A stretch of 63,419 nucleotides of DNA, filler included, from Octopus bimaculoides (GCF_001194135.2; 6 parts of 5 records of this genome joined end to end with filler, not necessarily neighbours in it); one strand, 5' to 3'. Positions 22,647 to 35,901 are shown, counted from the first letter of the whole stretch. Numbers and translations: made by a program. The notes: a model not told the origin generated them from the letters alone.

Positions 22647-23473
22647 GTATCTATATAAATATATATGGTATATGTATGTATGTATGTCTTACCTTGAACC
22701 CTAACAAGCATACGATCTCTGAATCGCTTCTGATAAGCATCTCTCGTTATCTCTGTCTATCTCACGTCTCTCTCTCTTCTTCTCTCATTCCCTCCTCCTC
22801 CTCTTTATCTCACTCTTCCTGTCTCCTCCCACCTCTTGCCCTATGCTTCTATCTATCGGTTTAATCTTCTCCCCATCACTCTCACCTTACTCTTCTAATC
22901 TCTCCCATTGCTCACTTTCTGTTTTATACTTCATCCTCTCTCTTTCTCTCACTCTTTCTGACCTCCCATAATTCTCTTTCATCTTATATCTTCCCCACTA
23001 CGATGATCTTTTTTTTTTTTATCAAATAATCAATAACTTCAAACCATCAATTTTTTTTGTATTCCTTTTTATATTTTTTTTATTTGAATTTATATATTTA
23101 TAATTATATTTATATTTATATATATTATTTACATTTATTGTTTTTCCCCTTGTTTACTTTTTATTCCGCTATCCCATTACACTATCCGGTGATTATCTCT
23201 CCTTGAAATATAACGACAAACGCGATAGCAATCCAACCACCATATTTAGCCAATATCCACATACTCTGCTAACCTACAAGACATCCACAAACACGACTAT
23301 CACAAACAAAACAAGAACTATAAAAGACAACATGCTGTCAACACTGCTAAAGACATATTCTTAACAAGGCGACTGAAAACTATAAATAAATAAAATGAAA
23401 TAAAGTACACATCTATATAGATATTTCTTGTGCATACAATATGTAAATGATTATAGTCTTACCGTTACCTGCT

Positions 23474-23514
<41 letters not shown>

Positions 23515-24654
23515 NNNNNNNNNNNNNNNNNNNNNNNNNNNNNNNNNNNNNNNNNNNNNNNNNNNNNNNNNNNNNNNNNNNNNNNNNNNNNNNNNNNNNN
23601 NNNNNNNNNNNNNNNNNNNNNNNNNNNNNNNNNNNNNNNNNNNNNNNNNNNNNNNNNNNNNNNNNNNNNNNNNNNNNNNNNNNNNNNNNNNNNNNNNNNN
23701 NNNNNNNNNNNNNNNNNNNNNNNNNNNNNNNNNNNNNNNNNNNNNNNNNNNNNNNNNNNNNNNNNNNNNNNNNNNNNNNNNNNNNNNNNNNNNNNNNNNN
23801 NNNNNNNNNNNNNNNNNNNNNNNNNNNNNNNNNNNNNNNNNNNNNNNNNNNNNNNNNNNNNNNNNNNNNNNNNNNNNNNNNNNNNNNNNNNNNNNNNNNN
23901 NNNNNNNNNNNNNNNNNNNNNNNNNNNNNNNNNNNNNNNNNNNNNNNNNNNNNNNNNNNNNNNNNNNNNNNNNNNNNNNNNNNNNNNNNNNNNNNNNNNN
24001 NNNNNNNNNNNNNNNNNNNNNNNNNNNNNNNNNNNNNNNNNNNNNNNNNNNNNNNNNNNNNNNNNNNNNNNNNNNNNNNNNNNNNNNNNNNNNNNNNNNN
24101 NNNCTGTATGTGTTTGGTGGGATGTATGCATATATATATATATATATATGTGTATGTGTGTGTGTGTGTGAGTGTGTGTGTGTTTGTGCAAATAAAACTT
24201 AGCAAACATTGTTCGCAGTCATGTGTAATTCAACATATACCATATAAAATGCATTCAGTCATTTCAAAGTGAGGTTTTGTGGTATCATAGGCATTCAAGT
24301 AGGGAATTATTGTTGGTTGAAATGTATTCAGTTGCAAGTGGTGTATCTGTCATCACTGGAGAAAATTTATTCAGATATCGTTTGAATATTATAGGATATT
24401 CTTAGACTTGTTTTTCGATGATAATAAATAGATATGGGGCTTTTGATAAAAATAACTGTGTTGCAACGTGGCTATTAGTTGTGAGCATGAACATGGGGTT
24501 GAAGATGTGCTGCATTCGAACGAACAATGTTCTTGACATTTGAGTCGTTTTGAGCACTGTTGATGGTATATTTTACACATTATGTAAGTGGTGTAGCTCT
24601 CGCAGCGGCGTTGGGGAGAACAGTTTCAATTTTCATAGCATTTCTAGTAAACAA

Positions 24655-25250
24655 AGTCAGTCTCGACTGAATGATATATAACATACGGCTCCTTTTGGAG
24701 TCAGATTCATCCAAAGATATGTATTATCTCCAGCCCTAGTGAGGTGAGAATATCATATAACCTTGCGTGCCTACAATGTCAAGGCAAACAAACGGTGAAA
24801 CATGTCACGAGCTCATGCAAAAGGATGCGAGCTAAATGGAGATACACATGGTGGCATAATCAAGGGTTTAACGAGATCTTACATGTAATGTGTAACGCAA
24901 CAGAAGCACCACCAATGTTCTATACAGTAGTGGGTACAAATATTGTGGCCTGGAAGAGCCATGCCTCCTGAAACATGGAAGCGGATGACATGTAATGCAG
25001 AGCAAACTTTGTAAATGGAAAAATCACCCAGACATTACCAATAAGAGCGGTATGAAACTGGATATTGAAGTCTATTTTCATCAAAACGACTTATTATGGT
25101 TCAATTCATTCTTCTATATGAAAACAGATTGTACAGAACCCATATTTACAAGACTGAGCAATATGGAAGTTTAGACATCAAATTGAGGGAGTATAGCTTC
25201 CAAACCACAGTCTTCATTATAGGAACGGAAGGTTTTCTGGGCAAATGTCA
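24655..25250 (+). mobile_element. HERO/NeSL-like (R2 superfamily, RLE) non-LTR remnant
   Basis: SRLNDI*HTAPF; CLQCQGKQTVKHVTSSCKRMRAKWRYTWWHNQ (CCHC + RYTWRHNQ); MVQFILLYENR..HIYKTEQY..IGTEGFLG, matching ELTVPYE..KY..EVGxRGF. Confidence 0.75.
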
Positions 25251-25386
25251 AAATTTTCCAGTTAACACATCTTGCTTTACATTCTCATTCGCTGCCTCTC
25301 TATTTCCTTTTCTGTCTATCTTTCTCCCTCATTTTCTTTTACTCTCTGTTGCTATCTTTTACAAGATGAGACGGCAAAATACGTCG

Positions 25387-25964
25387 TGGCACTCCGTCGG
25401 TTACGACGGCGAGGGTTCCAGTTGACCCGATCAACGAAACAACCTGCTCATGAAATTTAACGTGCAAGTGGCTGAGCACTCTACGGACACCTGTACCCTT
25501 AACGTAGTTCTCGGGGAGATTCAGCGTGACACAGAATGTGACATGGCTGGCCCTTTGAAATACAGGTACAACAGAAACAGAAAGGAGTGACAGAAAGTTG
25601 TGGTGGAAGAGAACAGCAGGGTTCGCTACCAACCCCTGCCAGAGCCTCGTGGAGCTTTAGGTGTTTTCGTTCAATAAACACTCACAACGCCCGGTCTGGG
25701 AATCGAAACTGCGATCCTATGACCGCGAGTCCGCTGCCCTAACCACTGGGCCATTGCGNNNNNNNNNNAACAGAAACAGAAAGGAGTGACAGAAAGTTGT
25801 GGTGGAAGAGAACAGCAGGGTTCGCTACCAACCCCTGCCAGAGCCTCGTGGAGCTTTAGGTGTTTTCGTTCAATAAACACTCACAACGCCCGGTCTGGGA
25901 ATCGAAACTGCGATCCTATGACCGCGAGTCCGCTGCCCTAACCACTGGGCCATTGCGCCTCCAC
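25387..25964 (-). mobile_element. SINE family C (young copy; head duplicated across a 10-N gap)
   Basis: Minus-strand head GGCGCAATGGCCCAGTGGTTAGGGCAGCGGACTCGCGG..GTTTCGATTCCC is tRNA-like with A and B boxes. 25570-25758 is repeated at 25769-25957. Confidence 0.85.
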
Positions 25965-27464
25965 TTTATTTTCTAATACACACACACACGAGCTGGTAGT
26001 CCTATTCTAAATTCGAAACAGCATTTCTCTCTTTCTCTTACATTTAATTTCCCAGTCACCTCCGACCCTTAAACACATACAAACTTTAAGCTATTTGATT
26101 TCGTTCTAGTTATTCCCGCCTTCATATCTCGGCTGAATGCACCGAGCTACCTCACGAGATCTAGAAATTAAGTAGCAGGTAAAGAAGCAAAATCAATATA
26201 ATCAACAATAGATTTTGAAGGCCAAGCTACAGCATGGCCGTATCTCAATAACTGCAAATAAGCCACGGAACATTGTGTGTGTGCGTTCGCGCGTGCTTGT
26301 TTGTGCGGGCATGTAATGGAAGGTGCGAAGAAATCTTATACAAACACATACAGACGTAAATAAAACATACACACGCATACACACATACATACATACATAC
26401 ATACATACATACATACATGTGAATCAGTAGGGCATCAGATTTACTCTGACACTCAGCGCTCTGAGTTCAAATCCCGCTATGGTCTGTTGGGTGTGAACTT
26501 GATTTACTTCGACACTCGATTTAGTTTCGCTGCCAGGCACCTGTGGCAACCATTCGGGCCGGGTCTCCAGTTTGAGGATCACTTCATTCACTCCCACAAG
26601 TCTCGAAGATCTTGCTGAAGAAACATGAGCAATGCTTGTCCCTCCCAGCTAAAATATAAGATGCTTCTCCCTTCATACATACATACATTCATTCATACAT
26701 ACATACCAATTTATATGTATGCATACATTCACATGGATGTGTGTGTATAGCGAGAGAGAGAAACATATCCGTATATATGTGTGAGTGTGTGTGTGTGTGT
26801 GTGTGTAACTAGTTGGGCTGGCCATATAGATAAATATATATATATATATGAAAGTCTTTGTGAAAATTACTTTGTACAGTTTTTAAGTATAAGGGAGATT
26901 TTTAAAATATTTTTTTTAAATGTTATAATATAGCAGAATGTCACTAACCTTTTGGGAAGAAGTTTTTTCCTAGTGTGTGTGAGCGCTTTCGATTATTATT
27001 TTCAAACACAAGTGTTCTTGGATAATATNNNNNNNNNNNNNNNNNNNNNNNNNNNNNNNNNNNNNNNNNNNNNNNNNNNNNNNNNNNNNNNNNNNNNNNN
27101 NNNNNNNNNNNNNNNNNNNNNNNNNNNNNNNNNNNNNNNNNNNNNNNNNNNNNNNNNNNNNNNNNNNNNNNNNNNNNNNNNNNNNNNNNNNNNNNNNNNN
27201 NNNNNNNNNNNNNNNNNNNNNNNNNNNNNNNNNNNNNNNNNNNNNNNNNNNNNNNNNNNNNNNNNNNNNNNNNNNNNNNNNNNNNNNNNNNNNNNNNNNN
27301 NNNNNNNNNNNNNNNNNNNNNNNNNNNNNNNNNNNNNNNNNNNNNNNNNNNNNNNNNNNNNNNNNNNNNNNNNNNNNNNNNNNNNNNNNNNNNNNNNNNN
27401 NNNNNNNNNNNNNNNNNNNNNNNNNNNNNNNNNNNNNNNNNNNNNNNNNNNNNNNNNNNNNNNN

Positions 27465-27521
<57 letters not shown>

Positions 27522-27618
27522 ATATACACACACACACACATATATACATATAGACACACATACACACACATATATACATGCATACACACACACAAACACA
27601 CACGAGCAAAGATTTGAC

Positions 27619-27653
<35 letters not shown>

Positions 27654-28222
27654 ATGCAGCTATCTTCCACTAAATCCGAATCGTTCCAGTTTATAGAGGA
27701 CATTTGCACAAGGTATCTATCGTTCACTGTGATCGAACCATGAACGACACTCTCTTGTGAAGCGAAACTCTTACCTACATCAATATATAAATTACATTTT
27801 ATTCTGTCTTTCAGTAATCACGCAGTCGCACTCAAACGCACTCTTAAACAGACATATTAAGTGATTAAGATTCAATATAAAAATATTTGTACTTGTGTAT
27901 ATGTGTGCCTGCGAGTCTATGCAAATCTCTAATCTCACTTATTTTCAGTCAATTTTCTGCGGCTTTAGAGGTGTCCACCTCTTTCTCTTCTTTTTTTTTA
28001 TTTCTCTTTCTCTCTCGCTTAGTCTTTATATTACGTTCTCCCATTCTTCTCCAGTTTCTCTTTCAGTCTCTCTCCCTCTCTTTCTCTCTTTGTTTCTCTC
28101 TCCGCCTTTCAGCTCTACTCTAACTGGTTAAATTCGTTCACGTCCCACTCTTCTCTTCCTCCGACTATCACTAAAAGCTTCCGCTTGCGTGTCATCCAAT
28201 ACAATCACGCCTATTTAACAAG

Positions 28223-28254
<32 letters not shown>

Positions 28255-28265
28255 CNNNNNNNNNN

Positions 28266-28314
<49 letters not shown>

Positions 28315-28870
28315 ATAATAATAATAATGATAATGTCACTATTTTTGAGCAGACGATTCATACAGCTCGGCAGACGAACGATACAGTAACTTTTAAAGCA
28401 TAGCGAACGTAAGATATTTTGTTCGTTATACATTCGGTATTGCGAAACGAATTTAACAATGAAGGAAAAAATGACTGAAGGATATAGTGCACCACCCTTA
28501 CCCAAAAATACATGTAAGGAATAACCATCAAATGTCCCTCAAATAACAATTTCCTTGATTGCCATGAGGAAGATGCTTGTTATCATGAGTCTGCTTCGTT
28601 AGAGCTGACCTGGGGTTGAACAATACTAGCAATGAGTGAACACATACATGGTCAGTCAACAGGCCAGAAATGGCAAGAAAATTTTCCGGTGCTACTATAG
28701 TATGATGTCTATTACCAACTGTTGGTAGTATGAAATATGTTGAAAATCATTAAACAGTTATTCTTCAAAAGGAAAGGAGCAGTTTGTAGTACAAAGTTTA
28801 TTGAAAATCATTAACTCCTTATATCATTAACACCTTATTATACAAAATGAAAAATCATCAAATATTAATT

Positions 28871-29161
28871 TTAATGTTTGTAAACTGATCTGATACCATT
28901 TAAAAAAGCAGTGAACAGGTCATCGTTTTTCCTCAGCATTTTCCAACAATAATGATCCAAATGCGATTGAAAATGTTGAATAGGTACGCCTCTGTTTTCC
29001 TTGAATATTTCAGTCTTGGCATCAAGCCAAGATCGCTCAAAAGCGTGCATATGAGCTCCTGATGTCGGGGCCACATAATTCACTCGATGATTGACGGTTT
29101 TGCGCTGACTGCCGATATTCCTTAAGCAACGGTGGGCCCGCCACTCATCAGAATGGATTAC
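28871..29161 (-). mobile_element. Merlin (IS1595/IS1016-like) transposase C-terminal remnant
   Basis: Uninterrupted frame VIHSDEWRAHRCLRNIGSQRKTVNHRVNYVAPTSGAHMHAFERSWLDAK..HLDHYCWK, matching IHSDxW..TVNH..GAHTxxIExxW. Confidence 0.85.
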
Positions 29162-29282
29162 AAAGTCAAGCTTACATTCACGTTATCTTCATCTCACAGC
29201 TTTCAAAATTCTTGGTCATTGTACTACGCTTGAAAAACCATTATCCTTACCCTTTTCTACTGTTTTCTATTTTCTTTCCGGA

Positions 29283-29630
29283 GAAATCTACAAGCAGGTT
29301 ACAGGCTTGGCCGTGGACACCAGAATGAGCTCTGACTACACAATCATACACGTTGATTACGTTGGATCTTATTTCACCAGACCCACTCCACAGCTAAGCA
29401 GCCCTTATTTCGATTGTATTAATGACATTTCCCTATGAACAACTCATTTACTTAACCATTTTCGTGGACTCTTTCCACCCTACCTTAGAACTCCCCTCTA
29501 CTGTCTCTACCACTCCTATTAACTTCTCGGGTATCTCTTTTTTGGTTGACCATCCGTCTCCTTTTTTTCTCCTTCTAGAACCACCGATTCTTACTTCTAT
29601 CTCAGCTCCACCTCACTCTATCACAGTCAA
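29283..29630 (+). mobile_element. Penelope-like reverse transcriptase remnant
   Basis: EIYKQVTGLAVDTRM (YxQxxGVAMGTRM), PTPQL..YFDCI (YIDD region), FVDSFHPTL, RTTDSYFYL (KPTDSHSYL). Confidence 0.7.
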
Positions 29631-31315
29631 TGCAGAACAAATCTCAGAATGTAACAAGATAGTCTTGAAGATATGGAAAAATAAAAGCTGCTTGATTTGA
29701 CAAATGAGCAACATGCTAAAACATACAGAGATAGCAATTTTAACTTCGTAATTGGATTGGTTGTTGTGAAAATAATGTCGTACAAGAGAGACAAAGCAAA
29801 TACAGACGCTACATGACAGTTACAGCAACAAAGGAAGCTGCTGTTAAATGCAGAACTAAAAAAGAAACAGAAACATTAAATGTGCTTGGAAACGCGTTGA
29901 AATGTCTGGTGAAACATTCAAACAAATCATCAAAGACATATAACTCTCATTCAAGGAAGCAAGAGATTCACAGAAAAAAAAAGCAAGAGTTTCACGAAAA
30001 AAAAAGCAACTAATAGATTAAACAATGAATTGCATATCTATATGGGAGTACTTTTTAATGGTAACGACCAAGACATTCTTTGTGCGCTTGGCTATATCAC
30101 CATCACTCCTGATGTGCAAGATGACTTTACATGAGTACTATCAACTCGTCGCTTCAAATTATGGTGTTGGTCTGCATCTCCTACACCTAGAGAAGGCAAT
30201 CTATGTGGATCTTACAAATCCATTAGATTCACAGGAAACCGCTGCTGGTATTGCTGAATCTAATAACCAGATCGACCTCCATGGTGTATCGCTAGTCCTC
30301 AACAAAATTGCTGCTATCTTGGCAACTATATTTGCTATGCACACTGTGTTATCAATAAGGTTCCTTCAGCGATCTTAAACGAATAAACTGTGCATCTCAA
30401 GAGTAAAATGCAGTATGAGGATACTAAATACTGACTGAAAGTTAGCCAGCATGTCAGATGGCAAAAATGTTGACAGTATAATTATTTTTGTTGCTAAGAA
30501 AGGTTGAAAGCTATTTTTTTTTCTTTTTAACCTTTGATTAATGTCTGATTTGTGATATGCATGGGCGATTGCTAAAAATGAGACTTTATTTTTTTTAGAA
30601 AACTGGTGTATATATTTTATTTTGTATTTTTTAGAGTTTATTTAAATTCTTCGTTCGGGGAAAAAAAGTCCTACCAGTTGCTAATAAGGTGCGAAGTAGC
30701 TCCTTTAAGTTTTACAAGACGGTATTAGAATATCTGTAAATATGAATACGCATGTATGAATGTGTGTATGTGTGGATATGCGCAAATATGCGGTGAGAGT
30801 GAGTGAGTGTGTGGGTGTGTGTCTGCTTGCAGATTTGTTAGCATCTCTGCTATGAATATGCTTGTGTCTCTCATGCAGAATCAAAAGAGATATATATAGA
30901 TATACGTGTATGCATATATGGATGTACATACGTACATACGTACGCATGTATGTATGTATGAATATACATATTCATTTTTGTATGTACTTGTGTGTGTGTG
31001 TGTGTATGTGTGCATTTTTACGTATATGTATCCATGTATGTGTGCAATATTTATATGTATACATCACTGATTACAAAAAAAAATATTTATAAAGAAGTTT
31101 TTCTGAGGTTTGCATACGATAGTATATCTGTATTTAAGGTCCGTAGCTTCCTTTCTATTACTTAACTACCTACCCCCTTTACCTACCAAAAAAGCCATCC
31201 CTCTATCTATCTATCTATCTATCTATCTATGGATGTTGCAACTTCCTCTAATTAGCGTTTGTCTTATGTATTCAAACTTAGCATACATATATACATGCAT
31301 ATACTTACATAGACA

Positions 31316-31355
<40 letters not shown>

Positions 31356-31858
31356 TACACACACACACACAAACACCTACACACACATCTTGAACCCTTT
31401 TAATCTTCCAATTTTCCTTTCCCACAAAAATTATAAATAAGACATTCACATGACAGCACATTCACGCAAAGAAATATAATTAGGACGACGACACACACAC
31501 ACACACACACACNNNNNNNNNNNNNNNNNNNNNNNNNNNNNNNNNNNNNNNNNNNNNNNNNNNNNNNNNNNNNNNNNNNNNNNNNNNNNNNNNNNNNNNN
31601 NNNNNNNNNNNNNNNNNNNNNNNNNNNNNNNNNNNNNNNNNNNNNNNNNNNNNNNNNNNNNNNNNNNNNNNNNNNNNNNNNNNNNNNNNNNNNNCCCGCT
31701 TCCATATTTTCATATCATTCTCTTTGCTCTTTTTTATTTTTATTTTTTAACGTTTCCTTTTTCTTATCTTTCACTTTGTTCGTTTCTTTCTATATTTCTC
31801 TTATTATTTAGCCATTCACTAAGAAGTCAACTGAGCAATCGGTCTCTCTCTCTTTCTA

Positions 31859-31922
<64 letters not shown>

Positions 31923-31984
31923 TCGATATTAATTTCTGGTCCTTGATATTTCACTTCGTTTACATCGTCCACATTTTTAGGGTT

Positions 31985-32040
<56 letters not shown>

Positions 32041-32109
32041 TATGTGCGTGTATGTGTGTGTGTATACATTCACACAGACACACGCATACATCCATATATA
32101 CACTCGCCA

Positions 32110-32247
32110 TGATTGATGGCTAGCCACTAAACCTTTTTTTAAATTTTCTCTTTCTGTTTATTTCGGTGTTCCTCGAAACGTAAAAGACTTTCTCACTTCC
32201 CGAGCGTTAAACTAATACATCTGTTTGTTGTCTACACATCCGTCTTC
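32110..32247 (+). mobile_element. Family F copy with core deleted
   Basis: CTCGAAACGTAAAAGACTTTCTCACTTCCCGAGCGTTAAACTAATACATC retained; the CUG half is absent. Confidence 0.7.
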
Positions 32248-32367
32248 NNNNNNNNNNNNNNNNNNNNNNNNNNNNNNNNNNNNNNNNNNNNNNNNNNNNN
32301 NNNNNNNNNNNNNNNNNNNNNNNNNNNNNNNNNNNNNNNNNNNNNNNNNNNNNNNNNNNNNNNNNNN

Positions 32368-32400
<33 letters not shown>

Positions 32401-32407
<7 letters not shown>

Positions 32408-32578
32408 TCTCCCAACATCGCTTGACAACCGATGCTGGTGTATTTACGTCCCCGTACCCTAGAATAAGTACTAGGCTTACAAAGAATAAGTTCTGGGGTC
32501 GATTTTCTCGACTAGAGGCGGTACTCCAGCATGGCCGCAGTCAAATGACTGAAACAAGTGAAAGAGTAAAAGAGTATA
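32401..32578 (+). mobile_element. SINE family A, 3' half
   Basis: CATCGCTTGACAACCGATGCTGGTG..CCAGCATGGCCGCAGTCAAATGACTGAAACAAG..(AAAGAGT)n. Confidence 0.85.
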
Positions 32579-33361
32579 GATACATACATGCATACATATA
32601 TACATACATATATACATAAATTTCGGCATTCAAGCGAAACGAGTCCTTCAGCACCAAAGTGTAAAAGAGAGTAAAGAGTATATATACATGTGTGTGTGTG
32701 TGTGTGTGTGTGTACGCGTACATTGCAATGAATATTTCTTATAAGACGCGAAACCGGTTTGTAATTATGTACTTCTGAACATTTAATTACGTTCTGTTGT
32801 AATTGTGTGCAATGAAAATGTCTAATCGTACGTTCTGAAATGATTTTGATGCAAAAATGAGCTCAGGAATACGTAATATCGAACTGAGTTAATTTTAGTA
32901 ATGATATGATATTTTGGAGTTTGTAATAGCGTATTTTGAAATAATTTGATGTTGATCTGTTTTTCAATACACATTATTGTAAGTTGAAATGATCTGCTTA
33001 AATGATATACTTTAGCATTAATTAACTACAATATGAATGCAGGAGCGCGTTTTCCTTTTATTTTACCATACCTCTCGACTTTTATGGGATATTTTTCACA
33101 CATACACTCGCACACACACGCACGCACGCGCACACACACACACACACACACTCACACACGTATGAAATGATATGTGGTTTGCGCCTGATGAATAATTTTG
33201 AGATATTTCTCAACATATGAAACTATTAGTGCCTCTTAAAGCACATGTATTGTGTCCTTTAAATAAATAATATTTATCTCTCACCAGATCGCATTTTTAC
33301 TGATCAGTAGTTTTTTTTTTTTCTGATTCTTCAATCACATAACTGGACATATATATGTATA

Positions 33362-33556
33362 TGGGAGAATTTACGAAAAAAAAACAACAGACGAAGACAG
33401 GTGGTGTAAACAATAAATGGATGTATTAGTTTAACGCTCGGGAATAGAGAAAGTCTTTGACGTTTCGAGCCTACGCTCTTCAACTGAAAGGAACACAGAA
33501 AGAAATAAGGAAAGAAATAAGGAGAAAAAAATATAATCGTAGTGGTCAGCGATCTA
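33362..33556 (-). mobile_element. Family F element
   Basis: Hammerhead-like motif at 33454-33491 (core CAGTTGA, stem II GAGC/GCTC, GTC). Confidence 0.8.
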
Positions 33557-33854
33557 TCATGGCGATGTATATATGCATGCATACATGAATGCACAAACGC
33601 ATGTGTGTGTATGTATGTGTGTGTGTGTGTGCATGTATGTATATACGTATGTATCGACAGTCTTGGGTAAATGACACTCTTATACAGATATGCGCACGCG
33701 CGTACACAAAAAGACAAAGACTCATTTGGATAAGTTTATTGAAGATAAAATGAGAAACTAGGAAATGGTTAAATGACAGGAAATGATTCATTGAGACGGA
33801 TTAAAGTACACTTCATAACTACATAATGAAGTAAGAATAACATATAAGTTAGTA

Positions 33855-34102
33855 CAGTAATCCCTCGACTATCGCGAGTGTTACGTTCCAAAACCTCCCG
33901 CGATAGGTGAAAATGAAAATCTGCGAGGTAGATACAGTAATGTACTGTATATATATTTTTATTATTTTTTAATTTGTATATATTTATTTTATTATAAATG
34001 CAAAACTACACCACGGAGGAATCGGCGTAAACTTAAATAATAAATAATAGTAAACTTAAATAATAAACAATAGGTGAACCAAGATGTGGCGAGGGATTAC
34101 TG
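33855..34102. mobile_element. Tigger/pogo-type MITE
   Basis: Perfect 13-bp TIR CAGTAATCCCTCG / CGAGGGATTACTG, flanked by TA on both sides. Confidence 0.85.
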
Positions 34103-34319
34103 TATACATATTGACTTTAACAAAATTCCTTGGTGTATAGCATTTAGTTATGGATATTCACATTTTAAATCTACACTCTACAGTGGTCGACTGTGTCTGG
34201 AGTAGAAATCAGTATAGTCACTGTAATTAGATTGGTTGGAAAGTCAAACTAATGCGCAATTTTCAAACCCCGTTTCATAATTTGAATTCACGCTCAGCAG
34301 AACACAGCTTGTCCTTTGT

Positions 34320-34570
34320 ACAGGTGCAGCGAAAGCGCGTTGTTTAATGGATCGTAAGGTCTTGAGTTGGGTTCCCGGCGGTGCACTTTGTCCTTGAGCA
34401 AGACACTTTATTTTACGTAGCTTCACTCCACTCAACTGGCAAAAATGAGTAGTACCTGTCATTCAAACGGCCAGCCTTGTTACATTCTATGTCACACTGA
34501 ATCTCCCTCAAAACTACGTTAAGGGTACGCGTGTCTGAGGAGTGCTCAACCATTTGCACGTTAATTTAAC
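34320..34570 (+). mobile_element. SINE with family C 3' tail and a different central domain
   Basis: TTGTCCTTGAGCAAGACACTTTA..ACTCAACTGGCAAAAATGAGTA, then CTGAATCTCCC..AACTACGTTAAGGGTAC..GGAGTGCTC. Confidence 0.65.
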
Positions 34571-34684
34571 GAAAGTATATTTAGATACGGAAGCATATAT
34601 GTGTGAAGATTTGTGTCAAATATGTACGGATGTATACGTGTGTGTGTGAAAGAGAGATAAGAAGACTATAGTTGACAGAAACTT

Positions 34685-34896
34685 TGGTTTCAAATTTTGG
34701 CACAGGGCCAGCAATTTTAGGGGAGGGGTAAGTCATTTACATCGACTCCAGTATTCACCTGGTATTTATTGTATCGACCCGAAGGAATGAAAGGCAAAGT
34801 CGACATCGGTGGAATTTGAACACAGAACGTGAAAACGGACGTATTGCCGCTAAGCATTTAACCCAATGTGCTAACTATTCCGCCAGTTCGCCGCCC
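34685..34896 (-). mobile_element. SINE family B
   Basis: Full-length reverse complement of the family B consensus. Confidence 0.85.
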
Positions 34897-34914
34897 TATA
34901 GCTGACAAAAATAT

Positions 34915-35120
34915 TGATTTCAAATTTTGGTACAAGTCCAGCAATTTTAGAGGAGGGGATAGTCAATTACATCGACTGCAGTGTTCAACTGGTACTTAGT
35001 TTATCGATCCTGAAAGAATGAAAGGTAAAGTCGACCTCGGCACAATTTGAACGTACAGACGGACAAAATGCTGCTAAGTATTTTGTTCGGCGCGGTATCG
35101 ATTCTGCCAGCTCGCCGCCC
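34915..35120 (-). mobile_element. SINE family B (tandem second copy)
   Basis: Same orientation, directly adjacent, diverged from the first copy. Confidence 0.85.
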
Positions 35121-35419
35121 TGTAGCTGGCAGAAACATTAAAAACAAAGCAGAAAAAAACACATCATTATAAACTGTCTTGGACTGTTCATCAAATATAT
35201 ACACGTACACACACACGTAGAAGTGCATTGAACAAATTACCTTGAGGTGAGTACGTTTCTTTACGCTCTAATTTCAAATCCTATTAGAATCAATACTGCT
35301 TTTCATCTTTCTCCTGAGTTGATATTTTAATATTGTTAGTATCGAGATCGATTTAATTAACTCTGATCAACTCCAAGATCTTTGACTTTGTCTCTACATC
35401 AAAAATCAATATTTTATTT

Positions 35420-35560
35420 AATTTCAAGGAATGGTGAGTTCTTTAACATCAGGTTAGCCCTGATCAAGAAGATCTATGCTCAATGGCATACCAACAGTGA
35501 CATTCCAGTCTATAAATGGCATTTAGCACAAGATAATCTCATGTATCTTATATCTTTTTA
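35420..35560 (-). mobile_element. SINE family D fragment
   Basis: TTAGCCCTGATCAAGAAGATCTATGCTCAATGGCATACCAAC is a degenerate reverse complement of the family D tail. Confidence 0.5.
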
Positions 35561-35846
35561 CTTGTTTTAGTTGTTAGACTGCAGCCATGAGAGGGCACCG
35601 CCTTGAATGATTTCTGTCCAGGGAATCGGCCCCAGTATTGTTTAGAACCTGGTACTTATTGTATCGATCCCTAAGTTACGAAAATGTGGTTTTCAAGCAG
35701 TGCATGCCACAATAGAAAGAAGTTTGCTTCCCAACCACATGGTTCTGGATTCAGTCCCACTTCACGGTACCTTGGACAAGTGTCTTCTACTATAGCCCTG
35801 TGAGTAGATTTGTGCATTTGGTAGTCGGAAACTGAAAGAATCCCGT

Positions 35847-35848
<2 letters not shown>
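35550..35848. mobile_element. Two SINE family A pieces (3' half on minus, 5' half on plus)
   Basis: CTTTTACTTGTTTTAG..CACCGCC (minus tail) followed by TTGCTTCCCAACCACATGGTTCTGGATTCAGTCCCAC (plus head). Confidence 0.7.

Positions 35849-35901
<53 letters not shown>

Noticed and set aside
25900-25964. tRNA-like sequence (also SINE heads at 15846, 43065 and 52870)
   Set aside because: Continues directly into SINE body sequence and lacks a complete cloverleaf; these are tRNA-derived heads, not tRNA genes.
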